Source: a bacterium
GTDB lineage: Bacteria; SAR324; NAC60-12
Assembly (NCBI GenBank): GCA_965233585.1
Contig: CBDDTI010000295.1
Coordinates: 128,001-192,000, forward strand
Direction: 5' to 3'
Length of the DNA stretch: 64,000 bases
Of the stretch, positions 31,331 to 41,790 are shown piece after piece; the stretch's first letter is position 1; each line of letters starts with the position of its first letter. Below the pieces are notes generated by a model. The model saw only the letters and a list, made by a program, of their open reading frames with translations, made no database searches and was not told the origin of the DNA. Position numbers and translations under genes: made by a program.

Positions 31331-32530
31331 TTACTCAATAATCTCAGTCACGACCCCTGATCCTATCGTTCTTCCTCCTTCACGAATGGCGAATCTCAAT
31401 TCTTTTTCCATTGCAATTGGAGTGATTAGATCAATAGATAATTCTGTATTATCTCCCGGCATAATCATTTCTGTTCCTTCTGCCAGAGTTGTCACTCCTG
31501 TAACATCGGTAGTTCTAAAATAGAATTGAGGACGATAGTTATTAAAAAATGGGGTATGCCTTCCGCCTTCATCTTTAGTCAAAACATAGACTTGAGCCTT
31601 AAACTTCGTGTGAGGAGTAATGGATCCTGGTTTACATAAAACTTGACCTCTTTCTATCTCATCTCGCTTTAGACCTCTCACAAGCAAACCCACATTATCG
31701 CCTGCACGACCTTCGTCCAAAGTTTTACGGAACATTTCTACACCTGTGATGGTTGTTTTTTGTGTGTCACGGATTCCGCAAACTTCAACTTCCTCACCTG
31801 TTTTAATGATTCCTCTTTCAATCCGACCTGTTGCAACTGTTCCCCTACCTGAAATAGTAAAGACATCTTCAACAGACATGAGGAAATCCTTATCTAAATC
31901 TCTCTTAGGTTCTGGAATGTTTGTGTCAACAGCTTTCATCAACTCTATGATACATTTGTATTCTTCTGAGCTTGGATCAGTGGAGCTGGACTCCATGACT
32001 CCCAAAGCTGAGCCTGTAACAATCGCAATATCATCACCCGGGAAGTCATAGCTACTCAACAGATCGCGAACCTCCAATTCAACCAATTCTAAAAGCTCTG
32101 GGTCGTCAACCTGATCAGCTTTGTTCAAGAACACAACTAAATGAGGCACATTGACCTGACGTGCCAACAAAATATGTTCTCTGGTTTGGGGCATAGGACC
32201 ATCTGCTGCAGAGACAACCAAAATCCCTCCATCCATTTGAGCTGCACCAGTGATCATGTTTTTGACATAATCTGCGTGACCTGGACAGTCCACGTGAGCA
32301 TAATGGCGACTTTCTGTCTCGTATTCAATGTGAGCTGTGGCAATGGTAATTCCACGTTCTCTTTCCTCAGGAGCGGCATCAATTTGGCTATAATCTTGAG
32401 CTTCTGCTGTCCCCTGCATCGCTAAAACTTTCGTAATCGCTGCGGTTAACGTCGTTTTTCCATGGTCTACGTGCCCGATTGTACCAATATTGACATGTGG
32501 CTTAGACCGATTAAATACTTCTTTTGCCAT
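31331..32530 (-). CDS. tuf: Elongation factor Tu
   Basis: [21 protein letters not shown]. Confidence 0.99.
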   Translation of the reverse strand: MAKEVFNRSKPHVNIGTIGHVDHGKTTLTAAITKVLAMQGTAEAQDYSQIDAAPEERERGITIATAHIEYETESRHYAHVDCPGHADYVKNMITGAAQMDGGILVVSAADGPMPQTREHILLARQVNVPHLVVFLNKADQVDDPELLELVELEVRDLLSSYDFPGDDIAIVTGSALGVMESSSTDPSSEEYKCIIELMKAVDTNIPEPKRDLDKDFLMSVEDVFTISGRGTVATGRIERGIIKTGEEVEVCGIRDTQKTTITGVEMFRKTLDEGRAGDNVGLLVRGLKRDEIERGQVLCKPGSITPHTKFKAQVYVLTKDEGGRHTPFFNNYRPQFYFRTTDVTGVTTLAEGTEMIMPGDNTELSIDLITPIAMEKELRFAIREGGRTIGSGVVTEIIE

Positions 32531-32612
32531 AAGATTCTCCTCTAAATAATATAAAAATTGAGTCAGTAAAAAATTGAGTTTCTACCAAAATATGTTAAAG
32601 ACGAAGTTTGGT

Positions 32613-34670
32613 TTAGTTGATCAATTGCTCTGTTACAGTCTGGTAATGACTAAAGTTCATTGTATAATTTGCATGACCTTGTGTGAGTGATCTGATTTGG
32701 GTTGAGTATCCAAACATTTCACGCAAAGGGGTATGAGCAAAAATATGCTGATTGTTGTCTTCTACTTCTAAAGTGTAAATTTTTCCTTTTCTCATATTCA
32801 AGTCATTGATGATTTCTCCTGCATAGTTTATGGGAGTTGTGACTTGAACATCCATGACAGGTTCTAACAACTCAGAACCTGCTTCTAAAAGAGCATTTCT
32901 CAATACCAAATTAGAAGCTGCATGGAATGCCTCCACAGAAGAATCTTTGTTGAACTCCACCTCTTCTAAAAGAAACTTTACGTTGACTAAAGGGTAGCCA
33001 AACTTTGGGCTGCTCTGCAGAGTCTGCACAACAGTATCTTGAATTGCATCAATGTATTCTTGAGGTATATTCAGTTTTGGTGGAACGATTTCAAAACTTG
33101 TTGCTTCATCTTGATTTTTAGTGACTCTCATTTTGAGATAAGCACTTTGCTTCTTACCAGCTATGACTCTGTCAAATTCGTAATCTGCCACAACTTCCTT
33201 TTGAATCGTTTCCCTATAGGAGACTCGCGGGTTCCCCGTTTTACATTGCAAGCCAAATTCTTTCAATAAACGATCTACAATAATCTCTAAATGCAGCTCA
33301 CCCATACCTGAGATGATACACTGCCCTGTTTCTTTGTCTTTTTTGACTCTGAATGATGAATCTTCTTTGGTTAACCACTCCAAAGAGTTCTCCAGCTTTT
33401 CCTCGTCTGATTTTGTTTTTGCTTCAATGGCAACATCAACCACAGGTTTTGGAAAATCAATAGAATCTAACACAATCGGGAATTTTTTTTCGCAAAGTGT
33501 GTCGCCTGTGGACACAGAATTTAGCCCGATGATTGCACCAATCTCCCCCGTATGCAGCTCCTTGACTTCTTCCCTCTTATTTGAGTGCATTCGGAAAATA
33601 TGACTCACTCTTTCTGTCTTTCTCTTAGAGGAATTGAAAACATTCTGGTTGGTTTTCAAAGTTCCAGAATACACTCTCACAAAGGTCAACTGTCCTGCAA
33701 AAGAATCGTGCGCCAGTTTAAATGCTAGAACGCAGAGGTGGCTGTCTGAAGGCTTGCATTCAACTTTTTTGTTTTGATGCTGATGCACTCCTGTCACAGG
33801 GGGAACATCTAAGGGAGAAGGCAAGTAATCTACAACAGCGTTTAATAAATTGTGAATCCCCTTATTTTTATAGGCGGCACCACATAAAACAGGCACGACC
33901 TGATTCGCAAGAACCGATTTTCGTAAAGCACATTTGATTTCATTAGACTTGGGATTCAACCCACCTACAAACTTTTCAAACAAACTGTCATCTAGCTCTG
34001 CCAGAGATTCTAGCATTGTTTCCCTAGCATGCTCTGCTTCTTCTAAAGAAGTTTGAGGAATGTCTTCCATCAGCAAAGAATCTGACTGTTCCCCCCTGTA
34101 ATAGTTAGCTTTCATTTCAATCAGATCAACCACACCTTGAAAAGTATCATCAGCAAATAAAGGCAGTTGTATTGGGATCGTTTTAACTCGTAATTTAGAT
34201 TCAACAGATTCTACAGCTTTTTGAAAATCAGAGCCAACCCTGTCCATTTTATTAACAAAAATGATTCTAGGAATTTGGTAGCGATTAGCCTGCTTCCAAA
34301 CCATCTCTGTCTGGGCTTGCACACCAGCAACAGCACAAATGACAACAATCGCACCATCAAGTATTCTCAAACTTCTCTCAACCTCAAAGGTAAAATCAAC
34401 ATGACCCGGAGTGTCTATGATGTTAAGAGAATAATCGGATTGATCTACTTTCCATTGACACAATGTCGCAGCAGAAGTGATAGTAATCCCTCTATCTTGC
34501 TCCTGTGCCATCCAATCCATTGTTGCGCAGCCATCATCAACCTCACCTATATTCCTGATTTTACCAGAGTAATAAAGGATTCTTTCAGTTGTTGTCGTTT
34601 TACCAGCATCAATGTGAGCCATGATGCCAATGTTACGGGTCAGCTGCAAATGTGACCTAGTCATCACCAT
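32613..34670 (-). CDS. fusA: Elongation factor G, str-operon copy with divergent domain IV
   Basis: [35 protein letters not shown]. Confidence 0.95.
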   Translation of the reverse strand: MVMTRSHLQLTRNIGIMAHIDAGKTTTTERILYYSGKIRNIGEVDDGCATMDWMAQEQDRGITITSAATLCQWKVDQSDYSLNIIDTPGHVDFTFEVERSLRILDGAIVVICAVAGVQAQTEMVWKQANRYQIPRIIFVNKMDRVGSDFQKAVESVESKLRVKTIPIQLPLFADDTFQGVVDLIEMKANYYRGEQSDSLLMEDIPQTSLEEAEHARETMLESLAELDDSLFEKFVGGLNPKSNEIKCALRKSVLANQVVPVLCGAAYKNKGIHNLLNAVVDYLPSPLDVPPVTGVHQHQNKKVECKPSDSHLCVLAFKLAHDSFAGQLTFVRVYSGTLKTNQNVFNSSKRKTERVSHIFRMHSNKREEVKELHTGEIGAIIGLNSVSTGDTLCEKKFPIVLDSIDFPKPVVDVAIEAKTKSDEEKLENSLEWLTKEDSSFRVKKDKETGQCIISGMGELHLEIIVDRLLKEFGLQCKTGNPRVSYRETIQKEVVADYEFDRVIAGKKQSAYLKMRVTKNQDEATSFEIVPPKLNIPQEYIDAIQDTVVQTLQSSPKFGYPLVNVKFLLEEVEFNKDSSVEAFHAASNLVLRNALLEAGSELLEPVMDVQVTTPINYAGEIINDLNMRKGKIYTLEVEDNNQHIFAHTPLREMFGYSTQIRSLTQGHANYTMNFSHYQTVTEQLIN

Positions 34671-35137
34671 CTGTAATGAGCAAAAGCCTTGTTGGCTTCT
34701 GCCATTTTATGAGTGTCTTCCTTCTTTTTAATAGAAGAACCTCTGTTGAAATAGGCGTCAAGAATTTCTCCTGCAAGTTTTTCTTTCATGGAGCGACCAG
34801 ACCTTTTAGATGCTGATTGAATAATCCACCGAATAGCAAGAGACTGTTTTCTCACAGGTCTTAACTCCATCGGTACTTGATAAGTTGATCCTCCAACCCT
34901 CCGAGATTTTACCTCTAAAGAAGGTTTTACGTTTTCAACTGCTTGTTTAAAGATTTCTACTGGGCTTTCGCTTTTTTCTTTTTCTTCAATCAAATGAAAA
35001 GCTCCATAAAGGATTTTCTCAGCAACAGATTTTTTACCATCACGAATTAAACCATTGACGAAACGACTGACTAAAACTTCTCCGTATTTGGGGTCAGGAA
35101 GAACTGGTCTTTGTTCAGCTGTGCGTTTTCTTGCCAT
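34664..35137 (-). CDS. rpsG: 30S ribosomal protein S7
   Basis: [27 protein letters not shown]. Confidence 0.99.
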   Translation of the reverse strand: MARKRTAEQRPVLPDPKYGEVLVSRFVNGLIRDGKKSVAEKILYGAFHLIEEKEKSESPVEIFKQAVENVKPSLEVKSRRVGGSTYQVPMELRPVRKQSLAIRWIIQSASKRSGRSMKEKLAGEILDAYFNRGSSIKKKEDTHKMAEANKAFAHYRW

Positions 35138-35140
35138 AAT

Positions 35141-35509
35141 TTAGCCCCTCTTTGCTCCGTATTTTGACCTTGCTTGTTTGCGGTCTTTAGTTCCTGTTGT
35201 ATCCAAGGCTCCTCTAACAATGTGATACCTTACACCGGGTAAATCCTTGACCCTTCCACCTCTGACCAAAACGATAGAGTGTTCTTGTAAATTATGACCA
35301 ATGCCAGGTATGTAGCTTGTCACCTCAATTCCATTACTCAACCTGACACGAGCAACTTTTCGCATGGCTGAATTGGGCTTTTTGGGGTTAGAGGTATAAA
35401 CACGGACGCAAACTCCTCTTTTTTGAGGGCATCCTTGCAGTGCAGGAGTGTCACTTTTGGTTGTCTTCTTCTTACGACCGCGACGCACAAGCTGATTCAG
35501 AGTAGGCAT
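35141..35509 (-). CDS. rpsL: 30S ribosomal protein S12
   Basis: [28 protein letters not shown]; true start is the ATG at 35509. Confidence 0.99.
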   Translation of the reverse strand: MPTLNQLVRRGRKKKTTKSDTPALQGCPQKRGVCVRVYTSNPKKPNSAMRKVARVRLSNGIEVTSYIPGIGHNLQEHSIVLVRGGRVKDLPGVRYHIVRGALDTTGTKDRKQARSKYGAKRG

Positions 35510-35540
35510 AATTCCATCTGTAATTTTGAAAAAAGCGACC

Positions 35541-35569
35541 ATTCTAACACGCTGATTTAAGATAGGCAA
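35541..35569 (-). promoter_or_regulatory. Putative sigma70 promoter of the str superoperon
   Basis: TTGCCT-N17-TAGAAT. Confidence 0.6.
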
Positions 35570-35608
35570 TACCCAAATGACAATATTTTAGAAAAAATTT
35601 ATAAATTC

Positions 35609-35637
35609 TTGTCAAATGCCTACAAAGACTTTACAAT
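35609..35637 (+). promoter_or_regulatory. Putative sigma70 promoter, divergent from str
   Basis: TTGTCA-N17-TACAAT. Confidence 0.55.
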
Positions 35638-35662
35638 CCTACCTTAATGATAGCGAGGATTT

Positions 35663-36253
35663 ATGAAACATTTGTCATCTACTTTTCTTATTAATTTCAT
35701 CAGCATCTTGGGTTTGTCTCATTTTGCTCATGCTCAATTCATAGGCGTTGGTGCGGACGTCCCTCTTTCTTACTCTAATTCAGACTCCCAGCCTCAAGGT
35801 GTCTTTGTCCAAATCACTCATACGACTCCATTTCTTCCCAATCTTAATATGGGTTTTTTCTCATTTGAAAAAAAATTTGAATCCTCCCAAGCAGAAGGTC
35901 ACAATCTACAGGTTGATGCAACAGCTTCTTTGATTGAACTGTTCTATCATGTCCCTGTTCCATTGCTTTCTTTGGGTTTTGGTTTGGGAGGAGGGAGCAT
36001 GCTGACACGAACTGAAGTGGTGCAAAATAATTCTGTTTTACAAAAAGCCAATACTTCTGGGCAGATTATAGCTTGGTTTGTCCAGTTGGGGATTCCTTTT
36101 TGGAACACAATAGAGTTGCATGCTAGCTACCACCAAATTCAAGCAAAAGACCATAAACTTCTCAAGACAGATGATATTGAACTCATAGGGGTTGAAGACA
36201 CACAAGACCTTTCAGGAACATTGATTGCGTTCGGTTTTCAAATTGCTTTCTGA
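35663..36253 (+). CDS. Small outer-membrane beta-barrel protein
   Basis: Signal peptide (AHA|Q), amphipathic strands, C-terminal FGFQIAF. Confidence 0.7.
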   Translation: MKHLSSTFLINFISILGLSHFAHAQFIGVGADVPLSYSNSDSQPQGVFVQITHTTPFLPNLNMGFFSFEKKFESSQAEGHNLQVDATASLIELFYHVPVPLLSLGFGLGGGSMLTRTEVVQNNSVLQKANTSGQIIAWFVQLGIPFWNTIELHASYHQIQAKDHKLLKTDDIELIGVEDTQDLSGTLIAFGFQIAF

Positions 36254-36692
36254 CTTTACCACTGAAAGCAAAGGGTTCACCCTTTTGGAAAATCTTGTCG
36301 TTTTGGCAATGATTGGCATTTTGACTTCTCTCTTGGTTGTAGATTGGGGACTTTTTTGGGAAAAGCAAAGTTTGCAGGAAGCGAGTCGTGTTGTCAAAGA
36401 TGCGATACAGCACACTCAAATTTTGGCGGTCACAAGGCGTCAAAATCAAAAATTGGAGGTTGCTGGGCAATCCATCTGGATTAGTGACTCTCCCAGCTCT
36501 GCAAACAAAATATTGTTTGATCAAGTGGCAGAAGGTATTGAGCTTCAGATGACAGGTGTTTTGACTTTTACACCTTATGGATTCAGCCGTGCAGGTTCTA
36601 TTACCATCCAGTCTGCTACCTACTCTGCACGAATTGTGGTCAATTCCATAGGAGGAGTGCGTTCTGAAAACACAGCTCTCAAATCCCCGTAA
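36225..36692 (+). CDS. Type IV prepilin-like minor (pseudo)pilin, GspH/FimT-like (start may be TTG at 36243)
   Basis: KG|FTLLENLVVLAMIG class III signal; C-terminal FTP.G..AG.I.I...IVVN..G.V. Confidence 0.75.
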   Translation: MRSVFKLLSDFTTESKGFTLLENLVVLAMIGILTSLLVVDWGLFWEKQSLQEASRVVKDAIQHTQILAVTRRQNQKLEVAGQSIWISDSPSSANKILFDQVAEGIELQMTGVLTFTPYGFSRAGSITIQSATYSARIVVNSIGGVRSENTALKSP

Positions 36693-36696
36693 AGCA

Positions 36697-37068
36697 ATGA
36701 AGCAGGCATGGACCTTATTAGAGATGCTTGTTGCGATGACATTGTTGTTGTTTTTTATGGGGTTGTGGAGTCAAGTTGTCCAACAAACGATGGTGAGGCA
36801 TCAATCAAGAAAAAGCACAGAGTGGGTGGTTCAGTCCATGGATCTGTGGACAAGTCAAGTTGTTGCAAAGGGCTATGACGCATACCAAAACGGAGATAGC
36901 ACAGAAGAAGCCAAAACATCTTTCTCTGGTCAACAGTTCGTCTTGCGTTATGAGACCAGATTTGACAGCGATTCAAAGTCAAAAGAAATCACTTTTCAAG
37001 TCTTGACCCTCCCTGACAAAACCCAAATAGCTCAGTGGTTTGCTTTGCTAGAAATCACTCAACCTTAA
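36697..37068 (+). CDS. Prepilin-like minor (pseudo)pilin
   Basis: MKQA|WTLLEMLVAM class III-like signal with E5. Confidence 0.65.
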   Translation: MKQAWTLLEMLVAMTLLLFFMGLWSQVVQQTMVRHQSRKSTEWVVQSMDLWTSQVVAKGYDAYQNGDSTEEAKTSFSGQQFVLRYETRFDSDSKSKEITFQVLTLPDKTQIAQWFALLEITQP

Positions 37069-37146
37069 CAACTTTGATTTTGCATTCAAAGCACTTGAGG
37101 TATAATGTCCTATTTTCTTCAAAAATTTAAACACACTTATTAAGTT

Positions 37147-37689
37147 ATGACAACGATTGTTTGTATTCGCAAAAAAGATTCTGTGGTATTAGCAGGAGAC
37201 GGGCAAGTCACACTAGGAAATACCATTATGAAAACGGGGGCGAGGAAAATTAGAAAGATGGGGGACGGCAGTGCTATTGCAGGTTTTGCTGGTTCAACGG
37301 CTGATGCCTTTGCTTTATTTGAAAAATTTGATGAAAAACTGGCGCAATATAACGGTCGCCTAGTGCGTGCAGCTGTAGAGCTGGCGAAAGAGTGGCGCAC
37401 CAGCAAAGCACTTCGCAATCTTGACGCACTACTGGCAGCGGCTGACCAGCAGTCTTCATTGATTGTTTCAGGAAATGGCGATGTCATTGAGCCTGATGAT
37501 GGAATCATCGCCATTGGTTCAGGAGGCCCCTATGCCCTTTCTGCTGCACGTGCGTTGATTGACTTTGACCTAACAGCAAGAGAAATTGCAGAACGTTCCC
37601 TTGCTATTGCCTCTGAAATCTGCCTTTACACCAATTCCTCTGTCCATTTTGAAGAACTTCCAAATCAAACTAAAGACAAATCAATATGA
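37147..37689 (+). CDS. hslV: ATP-dependent protease peptidase subunit HslV
   Basis: N-terminal [26 protein letters not shown]. Confidence 0.98.
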   Translation: MTTIVCIRKKDSVVLAGDGQVTLGNTIMKTGARKIRKMGDGSAIAGFAGSTADAFALFEKFDEKLAQYNGRLVRAAVELAKEWRTSKALRNLDALLAAADQQSSLIVSGNGDVIEPDDGIIAIGSGGPYALSAARALIDFDLTAREIAERSLAIASEICLYTNSSVHFEELPNQTKDKSI

Positions 37690-39029
37690 CTCTATCACAA
37701 CTACAACAAGACCCATTAGGTGCGCCTCCTAAACAAATTGTTGCCGAACTTGATAAATACATCATCGGACAATATGAAGCCAAAAAAGCGGTGGCTCTCA
37801 CACTAAGAAATCGTCAGAGAAGACTGCAACTTGCACCTGAAATTAGAAGGGAGGTCTTGCCCAAAAATATCCTGATGGTAGGACCGACTGGTGTTGGAAA
37901 AACTGAAATTGCTAGGAGAATGGCAAGATTGGTTCAAGCACCTTTTATCAAAGTAGAAGCCTCTAAATTTACTGAGGTAGGATATGTCGGAAGAGACGTT
38001 GAGTCTATCATCAGAGATTTGACACAAGTTGCTGTTGAGATGGTGCGTAGGGAGTTAAAAGAGAAGGTTCAAGAAGACGCCAAAAAAAATGCTGAGGAAC
38101 AACTCATGGATGCTCTTTTTCCAAATCTTGGCGAACAAAAAGATTCTCCAACCTACGTGAAGTTTTTGAAGCAACTCCAAGAAGGAAACCTTGAGGACAA
38201 AGAAGTAGAAATTGAAGTGCCAGAAAAAAGCCCTATGGTGGAGGTCATGCCTATCCACGTAGGCGAGTCAAGTGATTTTAACCCCGGCAATTTTCTTTCA
38301 GAATTATTCCCCAAACGCACAAAAAAACGAAAGCTCAACGTCAAAGATGCCCGTAAGCTCTTGGAACAAGAGGCGACAGAAAAGCTGATTGACACAGACA
38401 AGGCATCAGAGATTGCCATTGAACGTGTGCAGTCAAGTGGTGTTGTCTTTTTAGATGAGATTGACAAAATTGCATCGGGTGCTTCAAGTAGTGGTGGCAA
38501 GTCTCCTGATGTCTCACGCGAGGGTGTGCAGCGAGATTTATTGCCAATCGTTGAAGGTTCAACAGTCAAAACACGTTACGGCTTCGTGCAAACAGAGCAT
38601 ATTCTTTTCATTGCCGCAGGTGCGTTTCATGTGTCAAAGCCTTCTGATTTAATCCCAGAACTGCAGGGACGTTTTCCTGTGCGTGTGGACTTAGAGGCTC
38701 TTTCTCAGGAAGACTTTCAAAGGATTTTAAAAGAACCTGAAAATGCGTTGACTAGGCAGTATATTGCATTGCTTAATACAGAAGGATTGAGTCTTGATTT
38801 TACAGATGATGCCATTGATGAGATTGCAAGAATCTCTTACGAAATCAATGATTTTTCAGAAAATATTGGAGCAAGAAGGCTTCATTCGGTGATGGAGAAG
38901 TTGCTGGAAAAAATTAGTTTTGAAGCACCAGAAAAGAAAGGTGAATCTATTCAAATCACCCCCGAATATATTCAAGAGCAACTTTCTGCATTCATTGAAC
39001 GTCAAGATTTGAGCCGATACATTCTTTGA
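37686..39029 (+). CDS. hslU: ATP-dependent protease ATPase subunit HslU
   Basis: [29 protein letters not shown]. Confidence 0.98.
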   Translation: MTLSQLQQDPLGAPPKQIVAELDKYIIGQYEAKKAVALTLRNRQRRLQLAPEIRREVLPKNILMVGPTGVGKTEIARRMARLVQAPFIKVEASKFTEVGYVGRDVESIIRDLTQVAVEMVRRELKEKVQEDAKKNAEEQLMDALFPNLGEQKDSPTYVKFLKQLQEGNLEDKEVEIEVPEKSPMVEVMPIHVGESSDFNPGNFLSELFPKRTKKRKLNVKDARKLLEQEATEKLIDTDKASEIAIERVQSSGVVFLDEIDKIASGASSSGGKSPDVSREGVQRDLLPIVEGSTVKTRYGFVQTEHILFIAAGAFHVSKPSDLIPELQGRFPVRVDLEALSQEDFQRILKEPENALTRQYIALLNTEGLSLDFTDDAIDEIARISYEINDFSENIGARRLHSVMEKLLEKISFEAPEKKGESIQITPEYIQEQLSAFIERQDLSRYIL

Positions 39030-39042
39030 TGCAAGCAAAGCC

Positions 39043-39753
39043 ATGACTCGTGATGAAGTTCTTGTCCAAGCACGGTTGCATTTAAAGCATTTGGGGCATC
39101 AGGGCATCAAACGTTTGACTCTTGAAGCGATGCCTTTGGATTCCATGCCTGATGCCACAGACCAAACACAAATAGTGCAAGAGGACATTTCAGAGGCACA
39201 AGCAAAGCTCCAGCAACTCTATCTTGAGGTCAAAGATAAGCCTCTTTGTAACCTTGCTCAGACTTGTCAAAACTTTGTATTTGGAGAGGGTTTAGCCACT
39301 TCACCTTTGATGATTATTGGAGAGGGACCGGGAGCAGAGGAAGACATTCAAGGGCGTCCTTTTGTTGGTCAATCTGGTCAACTTTTAGGAAAGTTTTTGC
39401 ACGCCATCGGAATTGACCGTGCCGATGTTTATATCACTAATGTTGTCAAGTATCGTCCCCCTAACAATCGGAATCCCAAACCTGACGAGATTAGGGCTTG
39501 TTTTGGCTTGCTTCAACAGCAAATTGAAATTGTCAACCCCAAATTGATTATGATCCTTGGGAATATTGCTTTGCAGACCTTATTGCCACAGGCACCGGCA
39601 GGCATTACTAAAGCACGTGGGAAACTTTGGACATATCAACAATGGCAAGTGTTACCTTCATTCCACCCTGCTTATCTCTTGCGCAATCCACCTGCTATTG
39701 AAACGGCATGGGCTGACTTTAGACAAGCTCAAACACTTGTATTTGAATCATGA
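39043..39753 (+). CDS. Uracil-DNA glycosylase, family 4-like
   Basis: GEGPG.EED..G.PFVG.SG.LL; RPP.NR.P; FHPAYLLR. Confidence 0.9.
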   Translation: MTRDEVLVQARLHLKHLGHQGIKRLTLEAMPLDSMPDATDQTQIVQEDISEAQAKLQQLYLEVKDKPLCNLAQTCQNFVFGEGLATSPLMIIGEGPGAEEDIQGRPFVGQSGQLLGKFLHAIGIDRADVYITNVVKYRPPNNRNPKPDEIRACFGLLQQQIEIVNPKLIMILGNIALQTLLPQAPAGITKARGKLWTYQQWQVLPSFHPAYLLRNPPAIETAWADFRQAQTLVFES

Positions 39754-40496
39754 AAAATTTGATACTCACTGGCACGCTCCTTTTCTGTATTGGTCTGACA
39801 CAAGGGCTAGCATATCAGCCAACTTGGCAAGATTTGGTTTTCTTTATTCAGAAGCAGTATAAGCATTTGAACAAAGCAACGATTGATCTGGAAGTAGAAA
39901 TTTTCACAGAAGAAGACTCTACAAAATATCAACAAGTTGTTTATTGGACGCCCCAATTAAAAGCTATGAAAACGTTTAATGTCTCTAAAGAATTGGTTGA
40001 CTTCTATTATGAAAGCAATGGTCTTTCTGTCAGGTTTTCAAAGCAGTCATTGCCTTACAACGTTCCTCAAATGCTTCCTCCTTATTTGCGTCTTGTCCAC
40101 CCAACGCAAATTCACCAAAATTTTGAGACTTTGCAGATCAAAGGGCGAGAAGTCTCTCTTTTTGCACATGACACTGATGGGGCATTTTTCAAAGTTGGAA
40201 ATGACCGCAATTATGTTTTAATTGACCCACAAACCCTGTTACCTGCACAGCTGATTTATGGGGTTTGGCAAGACCATCAAATCCAAACGATCAAGATTCA
40301 GTTTTCCCATCTAGTCCAATTCAGTGTGCGTTATCCAAGAGAAGTTGACTATTTTTACAACGATTTTTTATTTCAACGTGTGATTTTGAAGTACATTAGC
40401 ACCAAAAAAACAATTCCCGTAGAAAAACTTCAAAAGCAAGCCCAAGAGCTTTTGGAAACCCGTCAAATAGACTTCAACCTTGATTATACCCAATGA
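39750..40496 (+). CDS. Exported hypothetical protein (beta-rich, possibly LolA-like fold)
   Basis: Signal peptide; overlaps both neighbouring genes; fold assignment is a guess. Confidence 0.5.
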   Translation: MKNLILTGTLLFCIGLTQGLAYQPTWQDLVFFIQKQYKHLNKATIDLEVEIFTEEDSTKYQQVVYWTPQLKAMKTFNVSKELVDFYYESNGLSVRFSKQSLPYNVPQMLPPYLRLVHPTQIHQNFETLQIKGREVSLFAHDTDGAFFKVGNDRNYVLIDPQTLLPAQLIYGVWQDHQIQTIKIQFSHLVQFSVRYPREVDYFYNDFLFQRVILKYISTKKTIPVEKLQKQAQELLETRQIDFNLDYTQ

Positions 40497-41476
40497 ACCT
40501 CCGATTTCTATCTATTCTGTTTCTGGTATTTTTGGCAAAAGCTGTGTTTGCAAATCAAATTGACTTTACGCAAATCATTGTGGGTGATGAAGTAACAACG
40601 CACCTTGAAGTGGAAGAAGCTAAACAGGTGGCTCAATCACAGATTACCAGAAGCAACTTACCTGCCGAAGAAAAACGCAGACAATTAGAGAAAGTAGAGC
40701 AAACTGTGGTCAATAATCTTGTGCAAGGATTGCTGCTCTTGAATCGTGCTAATAAGTTGAATCTGACAGTCAATGACCAACAAATTGAGACAAGGTTACA
40801 AAGGCTGGCTGAAAATAACCCTGCATTTTTAGAGCAAACAGCAAGCGAAAATGAAGATGCGGAGGAAGTGAGAGAAAACATTGCCCAAGAGTTGCTAAAA
40901 GAACAAGTCCTTGCAAGGGAAGTCAACGCCAACGTTCAAGTTTCTACTGCTGATGCACTGAGGCTTTGTTTGCAAGAAGCTGAGTTTCAAAAAAAAGTTG
41001 ACCTCTATCAAATTCTACTTCGTAACACATCAAAGCAACAAGTGTCTCAAGTGAGAACGCAAATACTTTTGGGACTTTCACAAGGTCAAACGATTGACAC
41101 CCTCACCAGACAGTTTTCTCAAGACCCCAGAGTTCAGCAAGATTCAGGGTTGGTTTCTGCTTTGCAGAGGGGGCAACTGATTTCTGCACTTGACCAAGCG
41201 GCGTTTTCCCTTCGCGAAAAACAGCTTAGCCAACCCATTCAAACCCAATTTGGCTATCATTTGTTATATGTTTCTAAAGTTATCAAACGTGATGAAAACG
41301 AATGCCGACAACTCACGCAAGGCACATCAAACGTTTACTATTTTCAAGCCTTTCGCACTCGGCAAAGTCAGTTTTTAACAAAACAATACTTTCCCAAACT
41401 GAGAAGAGAATTTGATGTCTCATGCTTCCAACTCAAAACATTGGGTCAAAAATGCCTACCTTTGCAAAAAAAGTAG
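40493..41476 (+). CDS. SurA-like periplasmic chaperone / parvulin PPIase
   Basis: Signal peptide, SurA N-domain-like helices, FSQDP...G....S.PIQTQFGYHLL. Confidence 0.8.
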   Translation: MNLRFLSILFLVFLAKAVFANQIDFTQIIVGDEVTTHLEVEEAKQVAQSQITRSNLPAEEKRRQLEKVEQTVVNNLVQGLLLLNRANKLNLTVNDQQIETRLQRLAENNPAFLEQTASENEDAEEVRENIAQELLKEQVLAREVNANVQVSTADALRLCLQEAEFQKKVDLYQILLRNTSKQQVSQVRTQILLGLSQGQTIDTLTRQFSQDPRVQQDSGLVSALQRGQLISALDQAAFSLREKQLSQPIQTQFGYHLLYVSKVIKRDENECRQLTQGTSNVYYFQAFRTRQSQFLTKQYFPKLRREFDVSCFQLKTLGQKCLPLQKK

Positions 41477-41576
41477 GCAAGAATGTCCTACCCCAAAAAT
41501 AAAGATTGTGATTGTTCGTGAGTTTGCATATCATGCTTGTTCTTAAACTTTTCAACTTTTTGTATTGGTAGTATTT

Positions 41577-41675
41577 ATGGCTCTTTCTTGGACGATTATT
41601 TTTCTTTTCATTGGCATTTGCTTGGTCGGTATTCCTACGCTAGTGCTTCTCTCACATCTCATCAAACGCAAATAG
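41577..41675 (+). CDS. Candidate 32-aa single-pass membrane microprotein
   Basis: MALSWTIIFLFIGICLVGIPTLVLLSHLIKRK: hydrophobic helix plus basic tail; weak RBS. Confidence 0.4.
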   Translation: MALSWTIIFLFIGICLVGIPTLVLLSHLIKRK

Positions 41676-41790
41676 TAAAAAAGACAATTTTGTCCTGCGA
41701 TATTTGTCCCACGCAATCAGTGCAGTTTTTTCAAAATTCAAAGAGACCTCTGTTTGTCATCAGTGATATAGTTTCATTTTAGACCAAGTT

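Noticed and set aside
32553..32579. Direct repeat AAAAATTGAGT x2 between fusA and tuf, similar to part of the 51-bp repeat unit
   Set aside because: Short and AT-rich; chance occurrence is plausible and there is no supporting structure.
35510..35569. 20-aa N-terminal extension of S12
   Set aside because: It overlaps the predicted promoter, and the canonical MPT start is at 35509.
41537..41782. 81-aa ORF from the track
   Set aside because: TTG start, no RBS and no recognisable features; the overlapping 32-aa frame is more protein-like.
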